61,522 nucleotides of DNA, taken from positions 35,447 to 96,968 of the forward strand of contig JBNKNM010000003.1 of the NCBI GenBank assembly GCA_050293845.1. Direction: 5' to 3'. A program made the translations under genes and the position numbers. Source of the stretch: Pseudobacteriovorax sp. (lineage in GTDB: Bacteria; Bdellovibrionota_B; Oligoflexia; Oligoflexales; Oligoflexaceae). Under the pieces are notes generated by a model, which saw nothing but the letters and a program-made list of their open reading frames with translations, had not been told where the DNA came from and did not search any database. Shown piece after piece: positions 38,801 through 48,269 of this stretch (positions are counted from its first letter, which is position 1; each line of letters begins with the position of its first letter).

Positions 38801-40168
38801 ATGAAAATTATAAATCCTGCAACAGGAGAAAAGCTTGAAGAGTTGACTCCTGATACAGTCGAGTCTGTAGATAAAAAGTTCAATGAATGCCAAAAAGCTC
38901 ATCGACTTTGGGCAGACACAGACTTTCGGGATCGGAAAAAAATTATCTTTAACTTTCACGAAATCCTTAAGAATCATACTGAGGACTGTGCTAGTATTCT
39001 TACCGGGGAAACTGGTAAGCCCTTACAGCAGTCAAAAAATGAAATTGGGGCCACCCTTGAGCGCATCAGTTATTTTATGGATAAGGTCGAGAGTCTTCTT
39101 GAAGAGAAGGTGTGCTTTCAAAATGACTCCATGACGGAAATGGTTTCCATGGAACCCCTAGGTGTTGTAGCCAATATTTCGGCCTGGAACTATCCCTATT
39201 TTGTGGGAACTAACGTTATTATTCCAGCATTGTTAACAGGTAATGGTGTGCTATACAAGCCATCGGAATACGCGAGTCTCACGGGGAGACGCATTAAGAA
39301 TATGTTTGATGAAGCGGGTTTACCGCAACATTTATTTGGACTTATTGAGGGAACAGGCAAGCAAGGAAGTTATCTCTTGGATCAGAGTATCGATGGTATT
39401 TTCTTTACAGGATCTTATAAAACGGGACGCGCTATTTATGAGAAAGCTGCTTCTAAAATGATTGTGACCGGATTAGAATTGGGCGGTAAAGACCCTTGTT
39501 ATGTAACTGAAGATGTTGATGTTGCAAGTGTTGCAGCTAAGGCGGCTGATGGAGCCTTTTATAATGCTGGGCAAAGCTGCTGTGCCGTGGAAAGAATCTA
39601 TGTTCATGAATCGATTTATGAAAATTTTTTAGAGCATTTTATCAATACCGTATCCCAGTTCAAGGTCGGCTTACCAACTGCTAGTGATACCTACATGGGA
39701 CCTCTCACAAGGGGAGAGCAAATTCCTTTTTTACTAGAACAAATCGACGATGCTAAAAGCAAAGGAGCTAGTGTTGTTTTGGGAGGGAAACCTCTGAATG
39801 ACTTGTCTCCAAACTATTTTGAACCCACTGTTCTGACCAATGTCAATCATAGTATGTTGCTGATGCAGGAAGAATCCTTTGGGCCTATTATCGGTATTCA
39901 GAAGGTGGTAAATGATCAGCAATGCTGTGAGCTGATGAACGATACACAGTATGGACTTACGGCATCTGTGTATTGCCGAAATATTGAAAGAGCAAAAGGT
40001 ATTCTTAAAAATCTCAATACGGGAACCGTATATGTGAATTGCTGTGACCGAGTAAGTCCTTACGTTCCCTGGTCCGGTAGAAAATGTTCAGGAATTGGTT
40101 CTACCTTAGGTGAAATAGGAATACAAAGCTTTCTCCAACCAAAATCATGGCAAATAAAGCAAAATTAA
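38801..40168 (+). CDS. NAD(P)-dependent aldehyde dehydrogenase
   Basis: AWNYP, FTGS, LELGGKDP, NAGQSCCA, EESFGP. Confidence 0.94.
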   Translation: MKIINPATGEKLEELTPDTVESVDKKFNECQKAHRLWADTDFRDRKKIIFNFHEILKNHTEDCASILTGETGKPLQQSKNEIGATLERISYFMDKVESLLEEKVCFQNDSMTEMVSMEPLGVVANISAWNYPYFVGTNVIIPALLTGNGVLYKPSEYASLTGRRIKNMFDEAGLPQHLFGLIEGTGKQGSYLLDQSIDGIFFTGSYKTGRAIYEKAASKMIVTGLELGGKDPCYVTEDVDVASVAAKAADGAFYNAGQSCCAVERIYVHESIYENFLEHFINTVSQFKVGLPTASDTYMGPLTRGEQIPFLLEQIDDAKSKGASVVLGGKPLNDLSPNYFEPTVLTNVNHSMLLMQEESFGPIIGIQKVVNDQQCCELMNDTQYGLTASVYCRNIERAKGILKNLNTGTVYVNCCDRVSPYVPWSGRKCSGIGSTLGEIGIQSFLQPKSWQIKQN

Positions 40169-40815
40169 TCTACAATCTTTAACATTTTAGTATTTGTAGT
40201 ATAGGAAGAATACTCAATATTTTTAGCATCAATGTTTTGGATCTTGGCAACAAGATCCTTGATTCTCTCAAGAGCTATCAGTGTTTTGTCATATTGCTCT
40301 TTTGTAAAATTTTGATAGTTGCGCCCCATATTGCCAAAAGCAATAGCGAGAGGATTATTGATTTTATGATTATAGGTAATAATCATAGCTGAAATAGCCT
40401 GCGCTTCCTTTGCCTTAGCTTTACTTTCTGCCAAAAACTTAAGGTTCAGTTGCATTTTTATCCGGTGAAGTGCAATCTTAAAACTTACTTCTTTAATAAT
40501 ATAGTCGTTTGCCCCTGCTTCAAATGCAGATAAGATTGATGGGGTTCCTTCCTCAGAGGTTAATATGATCACGGGTAATGCAAGTGAGCTGTGGACTTCA
40601 CGAATTTCCTGCAATACGCTCAGACCATTTTTTCCACCTGGCATATTAAGATCGAGTAAAATGAGATCTGGAATATCTTGTTTTAGAAAGTGTAAACATT
40701 CTTCTCCTGAGGAAGCTGTGCTAACCTGTATTCCTAGTTTCTTGAGACGCATTTCGAGTATTTGTCTTTGAATTTCCGAATCTTCAACAACTAAAATATG
40801 AATGGGTCGATCCAT
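40165..40815 (-). CDS. Response regulator receiver fused to a HisKA-like H-box, without ATPase domain
   Basis: ILVVEDS, LLDLNMP, PVIILT, GANDYI.K; C-terminal TYNHKINNPL. Confidence 0.85.
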   Translation of the reverse strand: MDRPIHILVVEDSEIQRQILEMRLKKLGIQVSTASSGEECLHFLKQDIPDLILLDLNMPGGKNGLSVLQEIREVHSSLALPVIILTSEEGTPSILSAFEAGANDYIIKEVSFKIALHRIKMQLNLKFLAESKAKAKEAQAISAMIITYNHKINNPLAIAFGNMGRNYQNFTKEQYDKTLIALERIKDLVAKIQNIDAKNIEYSSYTTNTKMLKIVD

Positions 40816-40840
40816 ATTACCCCCAAAAAGTTACTTACTG

Positions 40841-40868
40841 TACTCGGCTTATTTAATTTTTTGCTTGA
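40841..40868 (-). promoter_or_regulatory. sigma28-type promoter
   Basis: Minus strand TCAA-N16-GCCGAGTA, 26 bp upstream of ATG 40815. Confidence 0.45.
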
Positions 40869-40932
40869 AAAAGAATTATTACTCTTGCAAAGCATTCCCC
40901 TATTTTTCGCTATCTTCCGGTTCCCGCCAGTT

Positions 40933-40951
40933 GATAATGAGAATTATTCCT
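40933..40951. promoter_or_regulatory. Fur-box-like site
   Basis: GATAATGAGAATTATTCCT matches the 19-bp Fur consensus at 14 of 19 positions. Confidence 0.4.
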
Positions 40952-41008
40952 AGAATAAATATAATTATGGGAATATGAATAAAAACTTTTTTTATGTCAT
41001 TTTTTCTC

Positions 41009-41043
41009 GCTACTATAAGCTAGCATGGCTAGCTTATAGTAGC
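41009..41043. repeat. Perfect 16-bp inverted repeat with 3-nt loop
   Basis: GCTACTATAAGCTAGC-ATG-GCTAGCTTATAGTAGC. Confidence 0.85.
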
Positions 41044-41107
41044 TCCCAGTAACAAAGAAAGTATAAAGATAAGCTTTCAAGTGATTACAGCATATTAAAG
41101 ATAAGTC

Positions 41108-41704
41108 TTAAGATCGATGGCGGTCAGAGAGTATGCTGGCGACCTCGCTTAGGGAATGATGGCGAGCCTTTAGTAAGACCATGAGATGGAAGATGAGGTC
41201 GGCAGATTCATTCAAAAAAGCCTTCTCATCTTCATCTTTGGCGGCTAGAGCTACTTCTACCCCTTCTTCTCCAACCTTTTGGGCCATTTTGTGTATCCCT
41301 TTAGCAATAAGAGAACTTATGTAGGACCCTTCGGGCCTTGTCTTAAACCTTTGGTCGATGATTTTTTCTAGTGTAGCTAGGAAAGTCCAATCTTCGGTGG
41401 GATTGCCAAAGCAGGTTTTGGTTCCTTTGTGGCAAGTAGGTCCCATGGGTTCGGCTTGAATAAGCAATGTATCACCATCGCAATCCAAAGCGATGGATAC
41501 GACATTTAAAAAGTGCCCCGATGTTTCCCCTTTAGTCCACAAGCGCTTTTTTGTACGGCTGTAAAAAGTTACTTTTTTTAAAGTTTGTGTTTTTTCGATG
41601 GCCTCCCTGTCCATATAGCCGAGCATTAGCACTTCTTTACTCTGGGCATCTTGTATGACAGCAGGGATAAGACCATTCACTTTGTTCCAGTCTATGTTTT
41701 TCAT
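41108..41704 (-). CDS. hisIE: Bifunctional phosphoribosyl-AMP cyclohydrolase / phosphoribosyl-ATP pyrophosphatase
   Basis: LWTKGETSG, DCDGD, GPTCH, QKVGEEGVE, ADLIFHL. ATG 41704 after AGGAG. Confidence 0.96.
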   Translation of the reverse strand: MKNIDWNKVNGLIPAVIQDAQSKEVLMLGYMDREAIEKTQTLKKVTFYSRTKKRLWTKGETSGHFLNVVSIALDCDGDTLLIQAEPMGPTCHKGTKTCFGNPTEDWTFLATLEKIIDQRFKTRPEGSYISSLIAKGIHKMAQKVGEEGVEVALAAKDEDEKAFLNESADLIFHLMVLLKARHHSLSEVASILSDRHRS

Positions 41705-41768
41705 CAAATATCTCCTGGATGCGGCCTTTTGTGGTTTGCAGGTTACCCCGCATACCGATTCTTTAAGG

Positions 41769-42545
41769 TTAGGTAATTGACATTCGTACACTCACTCCGT
41801 GTTCTTGAAGTTGGTGTTTCAGTTCCGGTATAGTAATTTCGCCGCGATGAAAAATACCAGCCGCTAGTCCAGCATCAACACGAGCATTTTCAAAGGCTGC
41901 GATGAAGTCCTTAGCAGTCCCCGCACCTCCTGATGCTACTAAGGGAACCTGGCAAATGCTTCTGGCTGCTTTTAGCTGGGCTATGTCGTAGCCAGCCTTA
42001 GTCCCATCGGCATCCATACAATTCAGTACAATTTCACCAGCTCCTCTGCTTTGAACTTCCTTGATCCAGTCAATAGTTCTTATTCCAGCAGAACGCGCAG
42101 TTGCTTCGCTGCCAGTATATTTCCAGATCCAATAATCGCCATCTTGAAAGATCGAATCGATGCCAATGACGACGCATTGCTTGCCAAACTCGAAAGCCAA
42201 TCGATTGATCAGGTCTGGATCTTCAATGGCTGGTGAGTTGATGGAGACTTTGTCAGCACCAGAGTATAAAATCCTCCTCGCACTATCTACGGAACGAATG
42301 CCTCCGGCGACGCAAAAGGGGATGTCTATAACTTTAGCCGTCTCTTCCACCCACTGTAGTGAGACACTTCTATTTTCTGAGCTGGCGGTAATATCGTAAA
42401 AAACTAGCTCATCAGCACCTTCATCGCGGTATTTTTGAGCAAGCTCAACGATGTTGCCTAGAATCACATGGTTTTTAAACTTAACGCCTTTGACGACTTT
42501 GCCGTCACGTACATCGAGACAGGGAATAATTCTCTTGCTTAGCAT
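41769..42545 (-). CDS. hisF: Imidazole glycerol phosphate synthase cyclase subunit
   Basis: [36 protein letters not shown]. Confidence 0.97.
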   Translation of the reverse strand: MLSKRIIPCLDVRDGKVVKGVKFKNHVILGNIVELAQKYRDEGADELVFYDITASSENRSVSLQWVEETAKVIDIPFCVAGGIRSVDSARRILYSGADKVSINSPAIEDPDLINRLAFEFGKQCVVIGIDSIFQDGDYWIWKYTGSEATARSAGIRTIDWIKEVQSRGAGEIVLNCMDADGTKAGYDIAQLKAARSICQVPLVASGGAGTAKDFIAAFENARVDAGLAAGIFHRGEITIPELKHQLQEHGVSVRMSIT

Positions 42546-43264
42546 TTAAATATCTCGCTCAAATCCAGAGTGTTTTCGTAAATTCCCTTACCTATAATGG
42601 CACCACTGATCGGTATTTCTCGCAAAGTATGAATTTGGTCTAAAGAACTTAGCCCACCCGATGCCAAAATACTAATAGAGGGGAATGCTTCTGAAAGAGT
42701 CTTGTAAAGTTGGAAATTCGGCTCCGTGAGAGTTCCGTCGCGGCTAATATCAGTGCATAGCACTTGGGATAGGCCCATGGGTATATATTGCTCTAATAGG
42801 GAAAAGGCATTTGTTTGAGATAAACTTTGCCAGCCGTGAGTGGCGACCATGGGAATATCATTTTCTATAAAAATATCAAGCCCTAAAGTAATACGTTCCC
42901 CGCTAAAAGTTTCGAATATTTGTTTTGTCGTTGCTGAATCTTTCACTGCCAGACTGCCAATAATCACCCTGTCAATACCAGCTTCAATAAGTTCTTGGAC
43001 ATGATCAGGAGACCGGATGCCTCCTCCTACCTGGATTTTTAAGGAGGTTTCGGAGGCAATTTTTTTGATGATGGGGGTCTGCTGTGGACTTCCTTTTTTA
43101 GCACCATCAAGATCGACGATATGCAGGTACTGAGAGCCCCATCTTTGAAATCTCATGGCTGTTGACAAGGGATCATTGTCATAGATAGTTTTTTGATTGA
43201 AGTCGCCCTTGGTCAGTCGAACTACTTGACCTTCTATTAAATCTATCGCGGGATATATTTTCAT
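42539..43264 (-). CDS. hisA: ProFAR isomerase
   Basis: [32 protein letters not shown]. Confidence 0.97.
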   Translation of the reverse strand: MKIYPAIDLIEGQVVRLTKGDFNQKTIYDNDPLSTAMRFQRWGSQYLHIVDLDGAKKGSPQQTPIIKKIASETSLKIQVGGGIRSPDHVQELIEAGIDRVIIGSLAVKDSATTKQIFETFSGERITLGLDIFIENDIPMVATHGWQSLSQTNAFSLLEQYIPMGLSQVLCTDISRDGTLTEPNFQLYKTLSEAFPSISILASGGLSSLDQIHTLREIPISGAIIGKGIYENTLDLSEIFKC

Positions 43265-43848
43265 AATTCCAAAAAGTTCCTTAATATCAATTGACCATTT
43301 TTTGCTGATTTTTCGGGATGAAACTGTACCCCGAAATAATTATCTTTTTCTACGATTGCCGGAATTTTTACTCCATAGTTGACATGAGCTACGGTATAAT
43401 CTGAATCTGGAGCCTGAAAAGAATGAACGAAATAAAAATAGGCTCCTGGATCAATATGCTGCAGAAGAAGGGAATCATGATCATGCCGGAGCCGGTTCCA
43501 GCCCATATGGGGCAGGCTTAGGTCTCGATGCTTAGGGATTTGATGCACTAGGCCGGGAATGATGCCTAAGCAGGACGTATCACCTTCTGTCGAGCCTTCA
43601 AATAGGAGCTGCATACCTAAGCAGATCCCCAAGACTGGCTGTTTTAGCTCCTGCATAACATGCTTGAGTTCAGCTTTTTGAATTCTGTCCATCGAGGCTT
43701 TAGCAGCTCCCACCCCTGGAAATAAAATCTTGGAAGCTTTGAAAATTTGATCAGGCTGGCAGGTCACTAGACTCTTAGTATGGAGTCTGTTGAGCGCGTT
43801 AATGACGGAAGATAGGTTGGCTCCTCCAGTATCTACAATGGCGATCAT
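43261..43848 (-). CDS. hisH: Imidazole glycerol phosphate synthase glutaminase subunit
   Basis: PGVG, GICLGMQ, PHMGWN, YFVHS, QFHPEKS. Confidence 0.97.
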   Translation of the reverse strand: MIAIVDTGGANLSSVINALNRLHTKSLVTCQPDQIFKASKILFPGVGAAKASMDRIQKAELKHVMQELKQPVLGICLGMQLLFEGSTEGDTSCLGIIPGLVHQIPKHRDLSLPHMGWNRLRHDHDSLLLQHIDPGAYFYFVHSFQAPDSDYTVAHVNYGVKIPAIVEKDNYFGVQFHPEKSAKNGQLILRNFLEL

Positions 43849-44921
43849 AATGCTCCCTTTGTTGACGGTAATTGTCCATTTTGATCTACTAAAATCGCTT
43901 GTTTTAGAACTCTGGCAAAACCTTTAAACAGGGCTTCAGCCATATGATGCTCATTTCCTTTACTTACGGTCATATGCAAGTTCGCTCCCAAAGCATCTGC
44001 AACAGAACGGAAGAAATGAGGAATCATTTCAGTGGCGAGTTCTCCAATGGTAGGACGGGAAAACTCTCCAGCAAAATGGAAATAAGAACGTCCCCCTAAA
44101 TCTAGGGCTATCTGGGCTTGAATATCATCCATAGGGAGAAGAAAACCATAGCGCTGTATACCAACTTTTACCCCCAACGCTTTTTTAATACCTTCGCCAA
44201 GGGCGATTCCTACATCTTCAACTGTATGATGGTCGTCAATATGCAGATCACCACGGCAATGAATTTTCAAGCCGATATTACCATGGCGGGCAATCTGCTC
44301 AAGCATATGATCGAAAAAACTGATACCCGTTTTGATTTCAGCCATGGTCGGGCGATCCAAATTTACGTCGACAACAATCGAGGTTTCCTTGGTTGTCCTT
44401 TGTACTGTGCTTTTTCGCTCCTGCCCGATGAGCATGGCGCATATATCATTCCAAGAAGTTCCTTCCGTGCTACCGTTACTACTGACCCTGAAACCACTTA
44501 TTCCCATATTTTGGGCCAAAAGAAGGTCGGAGTCCCGGTCACCTATGACGGCTGATTGATCGCGCGACCAATGAGGGTCTTTTAAGTAAGACATGACTAA
44601 ACCTGTGTGTGGTTTCCGGCATGAGCAGTTGTCCTGGGGGAAGTGGGGACAAATCAGGACGTCGCTAAATATAATTCCTTGCGATTTTAGCAGTTTAAGT
44701 AAGAATTGCTGAGGTCTTTCAAAATCTTGCTGAGGAAATGATGCTGTACCCAGTCCATCTTGGTTAGATACCATAACAAGCTGATAGCCAGCTTTTTGTA
44801 GCTTTAAGAGATTGGGGATGACATCTTCAACAAGTTCTATTTTATCAATACGATCAACCTGCTCATCGTCTGGTTCCTGACAAATGGTTCCATCGCGGTC
44901 AATGAATAAAATTTGCTTCAT
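43845..44921 (-). CDS. hisB: Bifunctional histidinol-phosphatase / imidazoleglycerol-phosphate dehydratase
   Basis: HAD domain FIDRDGT, NQDG, CRKP, IGDR fused to IGPD RTTKET, DHML, DDHHTVED, NEHHMAE, PSTKG. Confidence 0.97.
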   Translation of the reverse strand: MKQILFIDRDGTICQEPDDEQVDRIDKIELVEDVIPNLLKLQKAGYQLVMVSNQDGLGTASFPQQDFERPQQFLLKLLKSQGIIFSDVLICPHFPQDNCSCRKPHTGLVMSYLKDPHWSRDQSAVIGDRDSDLLLAQNMGISGFRVSSNGSTEGTSWNDICAMLIGQERKSTVQRTTKETSIVVDVNLDRPTMAEIKTGISFFDHMLEQIARHGNIGLKIHCRGDLHIDDHHTVEDVGIALGEGIKKALGVKVGIQRYGFLLPMDDIQAQIALDLGGRSYFHFAGEFSRPTIGELATEMIPHFFRSVADALGANLHMTVSKGNEHHMAEALFKGFARVLKQAILVDQNGQLPSTKGAL

Positions 44922-46228
44922 GATTCTTCCTTGCTAAGGGTAGCCAGCCTTATGCGGACAGCTTCACGGTGAGCGTCGAGACCTTCCACTTCTGCTAAGT
45001 CCATTACAGTTGGTCCTAAGTTTTTTAGACCCTCCGGACTGAGAGTTTGCACTGTAATTTGCTTCACAAAAGCATCCACTCCTAAGCCACTCGTGCTTTT
45101 TGCATAGCCATAAGTGGGTAACACATGATTGGTACCGCTAGCATAATCGCCCACGGATTCGGGAGTCCAAGGCCCCACAAATACTGAGCCAGCATTACTG
45201 ATATTGTGGATCATTTTTTGGGCTCCCTGGCATTGTAAAATTAAATGCTCGGGACCATACTGATTGGAAATGCTCATAGCTTCATCCATATTCGCACACA
45301 GGATGATAGAGCTATGTTCCAGAGACTGGCGTACTATGCTCTGTCGAGTAAGAGTTTCCATTTGTTTCTCCAGACAGTCGACCACTTGCTGTGCTAACGA
45401 AGGAGAATCGGTGACCAGTAGGGATTGGGAGTCGACTCCGTGTTCGGCCTGGGATAGTAGATCAGCGGCAATGAAAGGAGGGTGGGATGTCTCATCACCA
45501 ATCACCAGCACTTCTGATGGACCAGCGGGCATATCATATAAGGCTCCGCTTGGGTCCATAGCAACCTGGAGCTTCGCTTCGGTGACCCATGCGTTTCCAG
45601 GACCAAAAATCTTATAAACCTTGGGTACCGTTTCTGTACCGTATGCCATGGCTGCGATGGCTTGAGCCCCTCCCACTTTATAAATCTGATCGATACCACA
45701 GCGCCGGGCCGTAGTAAGGATATGAGGGTCAATGCTGCCATCCCTTTGAGGTGGGGTGCAAAGAACTTTAGTTTGGCAACCAGCAATTTTTGCTGGAATG
45801 GCCAGCATGATAACAGTTGATAGTAGGGGAGCGGTTCCACTGGGGACATACAAGCCTACTTTTTCTATCGGTCGCGTTTCTCTCTGGCAAGAAACTCCCG
45901 GCATGGTAGCGATACTCTTAACTGTGGGGGTTTGTATGTCATGAAACTTCGTAACATTATGAATGGCTTGATCTATTGCTTGGCTAACATTGCGAGATAT
46001 ATGCGCTTCAGCCTGTTGAAACTCTACTTCTTGAACTTTAAACTCAGATAGTGTGACATGATCGAACTTAGCATTGAACTCTACTAAGGCTTTGTCGCCA
46101 TGTATTCTGACAGCACTAATTATTTGGGAAACGTCCTGACGAAACTGCTCAGATGAACTCGTGGCAGGTCTTTGTAAAACCTTGGCTTGCGATTGTGGGT
46201 CGAGATTTAACCAATTAATAATTTTCAT
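44918..46228 (-). CDS. hisD: Histidinol dehydrogenase
   Basis: GLYVP, GGAQAIAA, GPGNAWV, DMPAGPSE, DLLSQAEH, PEHL, GDYASGTNHVLPT. Confidence 0.97.
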   Translation of the reverse strand: MKIINWLNLDPQSQAKVLQRPATSSSEQFRQDVSQIISAVRIHGDKALVEFNAKFDHVTLSEFKVQEVEFQQAEAHISRNVSQAIDQAIHNVTKFHDIQTPTVKSIATMPGVSCQRETRPIEKVGLYVPSGTAPLLSTVIMLAIPAKIAGCQTKVLCTPPQRDGSIDPHILTTARRCGIDQIYKVGGAQAIAAMAYGTETVPKVYKIFGPGNAWVTEAKLQVAMDPSGALYDMPAGPSEVLVIGDETSHPPFIAADLLSQAEHGVDSQSLLVTDSPSLAQQVVDCLEKQMETLTRQSIVRQSLEHSSIILCANMDEAMSISNQYGPEHLILQCQGAQKMIHNISNAGSVFVGPWTPESVGDYASGTNHVLPTYGYAKSTSGLGVDAFVKQITVQTLSPEGLKNLGPTVMDLAEVEGLDAHREAVRIRLATLSKEES

Positions 46229-46233
46229 GATAT

Positions 46234-47118
46234 TTACTCAATAATTTTTTCGATGGGTAGGACTAATATGGAACTGGCTCCAGCTTTCTTGAGCTGCTCC
46301 ATGGTTTCCCATACGATGTCTTCCTTAGCTACAGCATGAATGGCAACGCGACTGTCATCAAGCATCAGAGGCATCATGGTTGGTTTTTCCATACCTGGAA
46401 TCAGACGGTAAATGGTTTCCAAGGATGACTTTGGTGCATTCATCATAATGTATTTGGCATTTTTGGCTAATAGAGCGCTGTCTATACGTTGCAGCAGAGT
46501 ATCAATAAAACTTTCTTGCTTGTTGTCGAGGCTGTTGTTGGATCTGACTAATACAGCTTCACTGTTGAGTATGGTTTCCACGGCATATAAGCCATTGGAC
46601 TCCAAGGTGGCACCAGTGGATACCAAGTCGCATATGGCATCGGCGACACCAATTGATGGTGTTACTTCTACAGAACCACTAATTTCGATGGTTTCGCAGC
46701 GAATATCATAGTTTGCTAAGTATCGATTCAGAATATTCGGATAGGAAGTGGCAATTTTAGCGCCATTAAAACTTTGTAACCCCTCATAAGATTTGCTTTT
46801 TGGCCATGCTAACGACAGCCGACAATGACCAAAACCGAGCTTTCTAATGATATTGACACTTGCATTGGGAGCATCAGTTGGCCCAATCCTCTCTTCTAAT
46901 TCATTGAGTCCCACTATTCCGAGCTGACAAACACCGTCACTCACATAGTGGGGGATATCGTCATCACGACTCAGCATCAGCTCTATGGGATGGTCCTTGG
47001 CACGACTGATGAGAGTGCGTTTTCGCGACTCGAATTGCAGTCCACAACGGCTCAGGAGGTCAAAGCAGCTCTCGCTGAGGCGACCAGTTTTTTGAATAGC
47101 GATCCTAATATTTTTCAT
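46234..47118 (-). CDS. hisG: ATP phosphoribosyltransferase, long form
   Basis: IAIQKTGRL, RDDDIP, IATSYP, GSVE, DLVSTGATL; C-terminal regulatory domain present. Confidence 0.97.
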   Translation of the reverse strand: MKNIRIAIQKTGRLSESCFDLLSRCGLQFESRKRTLISRAKDHPIELMLSRDDDIPHYVSDGVCQLGIVGLNELEERIGPTDAPNASVNIIRKLGFGHCRLSLAWPKSKSYEGLQSFNGAKIATSYPNILNRYLANYDIRCETIEISGSVEVTPSIGVADAICDLVSTGATLESNGLYAVETILNSEAVLVRSNNSLDNKQESFIDTLLQRIDSALLAKNAKYIMMNAPKSSLETIYRLIPGMEKPTMMPLMLDDSRVAIHAVAKEDIVWETMEQLKKAGASSILVLPIEKIIE

Positions 47119-47402
47119 GAAACAGCCTTTTTTAATCGATCAAGTAGCAGTCGATAGCCTTTAGCTCCATAGGTCATAGCCCTAGCTACTCTGGTTATTG
47201 TTGTCGTGCTAACACCAGTTTTTTCGTTGATGGATCTATAGGAATCGCCTGTTTCCAGAAGCCGGGCAACGCGCCAACGGTCAGCCATGGACCGCAATTC
47301 AGCGGGCGTACAAAGGTCTTCAAGAAGTGCCTTGAATTCTTCAGGTTTATTAAGCTTGGCAATATCATCGTATAACTCTTCAAGAAAAGATTCTTCACAC
47401 AT
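47115..47402 (-). CDS. YerC/YecD TrpR-related repressor (probable HisR)
   Basis: DLCTPAEL.SMADRW.VA, SYRSI..KTGVSTTTITRVAR; first gene of the his operon. Confidence 0.9.
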   Translation of the reverse strand: MCEESFLEELYDDIAKLNKPEEFKALLEDLCTPAELRSMADRWRVARLLETGDSYRSINEKTGVSTTTITRVARAMTYGAKGYRLLLDRLKKAVS

Positions 47403-47431
47403 AAACCATCCTTGATTTATCCTTCTTGGTT

Positions 47432-47474
47432 TGTGTTAGCATGTTAACACGATAGTGTGTTAGCATAGTATAAC
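47432..47474. promoter_or_regulatory. Putative TrpR-family (HisR) operator, tandem sites
   Basis: Near-perfect palindrome GTGTTAGCATGTTAACAC (47433-47450); TGTGTTAGCAT repeated at 47432 and 47456. Confidence 0.65.
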
Positions 47475-47560
47475 GGATGCTACAATGATTTTCTTGAGCT
47501 TTTTTCTTAAAGTAAGTCAAAAACTGCATTAAGGGGGTAAAAAGTCAGGTGAAATTTCGG

Positions 47561-47675
47561 ATGAGGGGGCACCAAGAAAATCAAAGCAAGAAAACGGCGG
47601 TGACTTCCTCTCTCGACCGAAGTTGAAAGCACCCTGTAGTTAGGATTTCTGAAGCATGGTCACGTGAGCCACGCG
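47561..47675 (+). mobile_element. Possible IS5/IS1182-type transposase N-terminal remnant
   Basis: [28 protein letters not shown] loosely resembles the MRG..Q..MFS..S.E.R.P.DHPLR.I start; very short. Confidence 0.3.
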
Positions 47676-47676
47676 C

Positions 47677-48024
47677 AGGACTCATTGAAAACATCGGATT
47701 TGTATCACTACCTATGGCATATAATAAAGAACCCCCCAGCAACATACCCAATATAATACGCCAGGGACCGATACCACTGGCAATGAGTATGCCCGTCCCC
47801 AAAAGACAGGCTAATGTTGAAGTTTCACCAAAGGAGCCCGGTACCAAACCGGTAAAGGTGTCAAGCCATGTAAAGCTAGACTTAACAGCATCCATGCCTC
47901 CTGACATCGCTGTTCCCAAAATAGTGGCACCTGTGTAGCCATCCACGGCTGTCCAAACTTTGTCACCCGAAATCTGTCCTGGATAGGCAAAAAATAGAAA
48001 AGCTCGAGTCGTTAAGGCTGGGTT
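47677..48024 (-). pseudogene. nqrB: Internal fragment of Na+-translocating NADH:quinone reductase subunit B
   Basis: [34 protein letters not shown]...[14 protein letters not shown]...WRII...IGSDTNPMF; both ends missing. Confidence 0.85.
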
Positions 48025-48269
48025 TTGGATCGGGGATATTTTCTATGAAAATCGATAAAGTAACTAGAAGCTTTATCGAATTCTAATAATCGTTCGTAAA
48101 TTTGTGCCACTTGTAGTAGCCAATCTTTGGCTTGAGGAGTTTTAGAAAAATTCTTTACGATAACGAGATAGGCGTTAATAGCCTGCGGAATAGCACCAGC
48201 TTTTATATAATCAACAGCTGCATTATACCAAATCTTATCAACATCAGGATCTTTGGGATACGTCTTCGC
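48012..48269 (-). pseudogene. Internal TPR-repeat fragment (AgmU/GltD- or YbgF-like)
   Basis: AKTYPKDPDVDKIWYNAAVDYIKAGAIPQAINAY...VAQIYERLLEFDKASSYF..FHRKYP; no start codon; abuts the nqrB fragment out of frame. Confidence 0.6.

Noticed and set aside
41705..41791. 29-aa N-terminal extension of HisIE in the ORF track
   Set aside because: Strong AGGAG RBS before ATG 41704, where homology begins.
47581..47946. 121-aa ORF as an intact membrane protein
   Set aside because: It is an internal nqrB fragment; homology extends upstream of the called start and the tail is unrelated.
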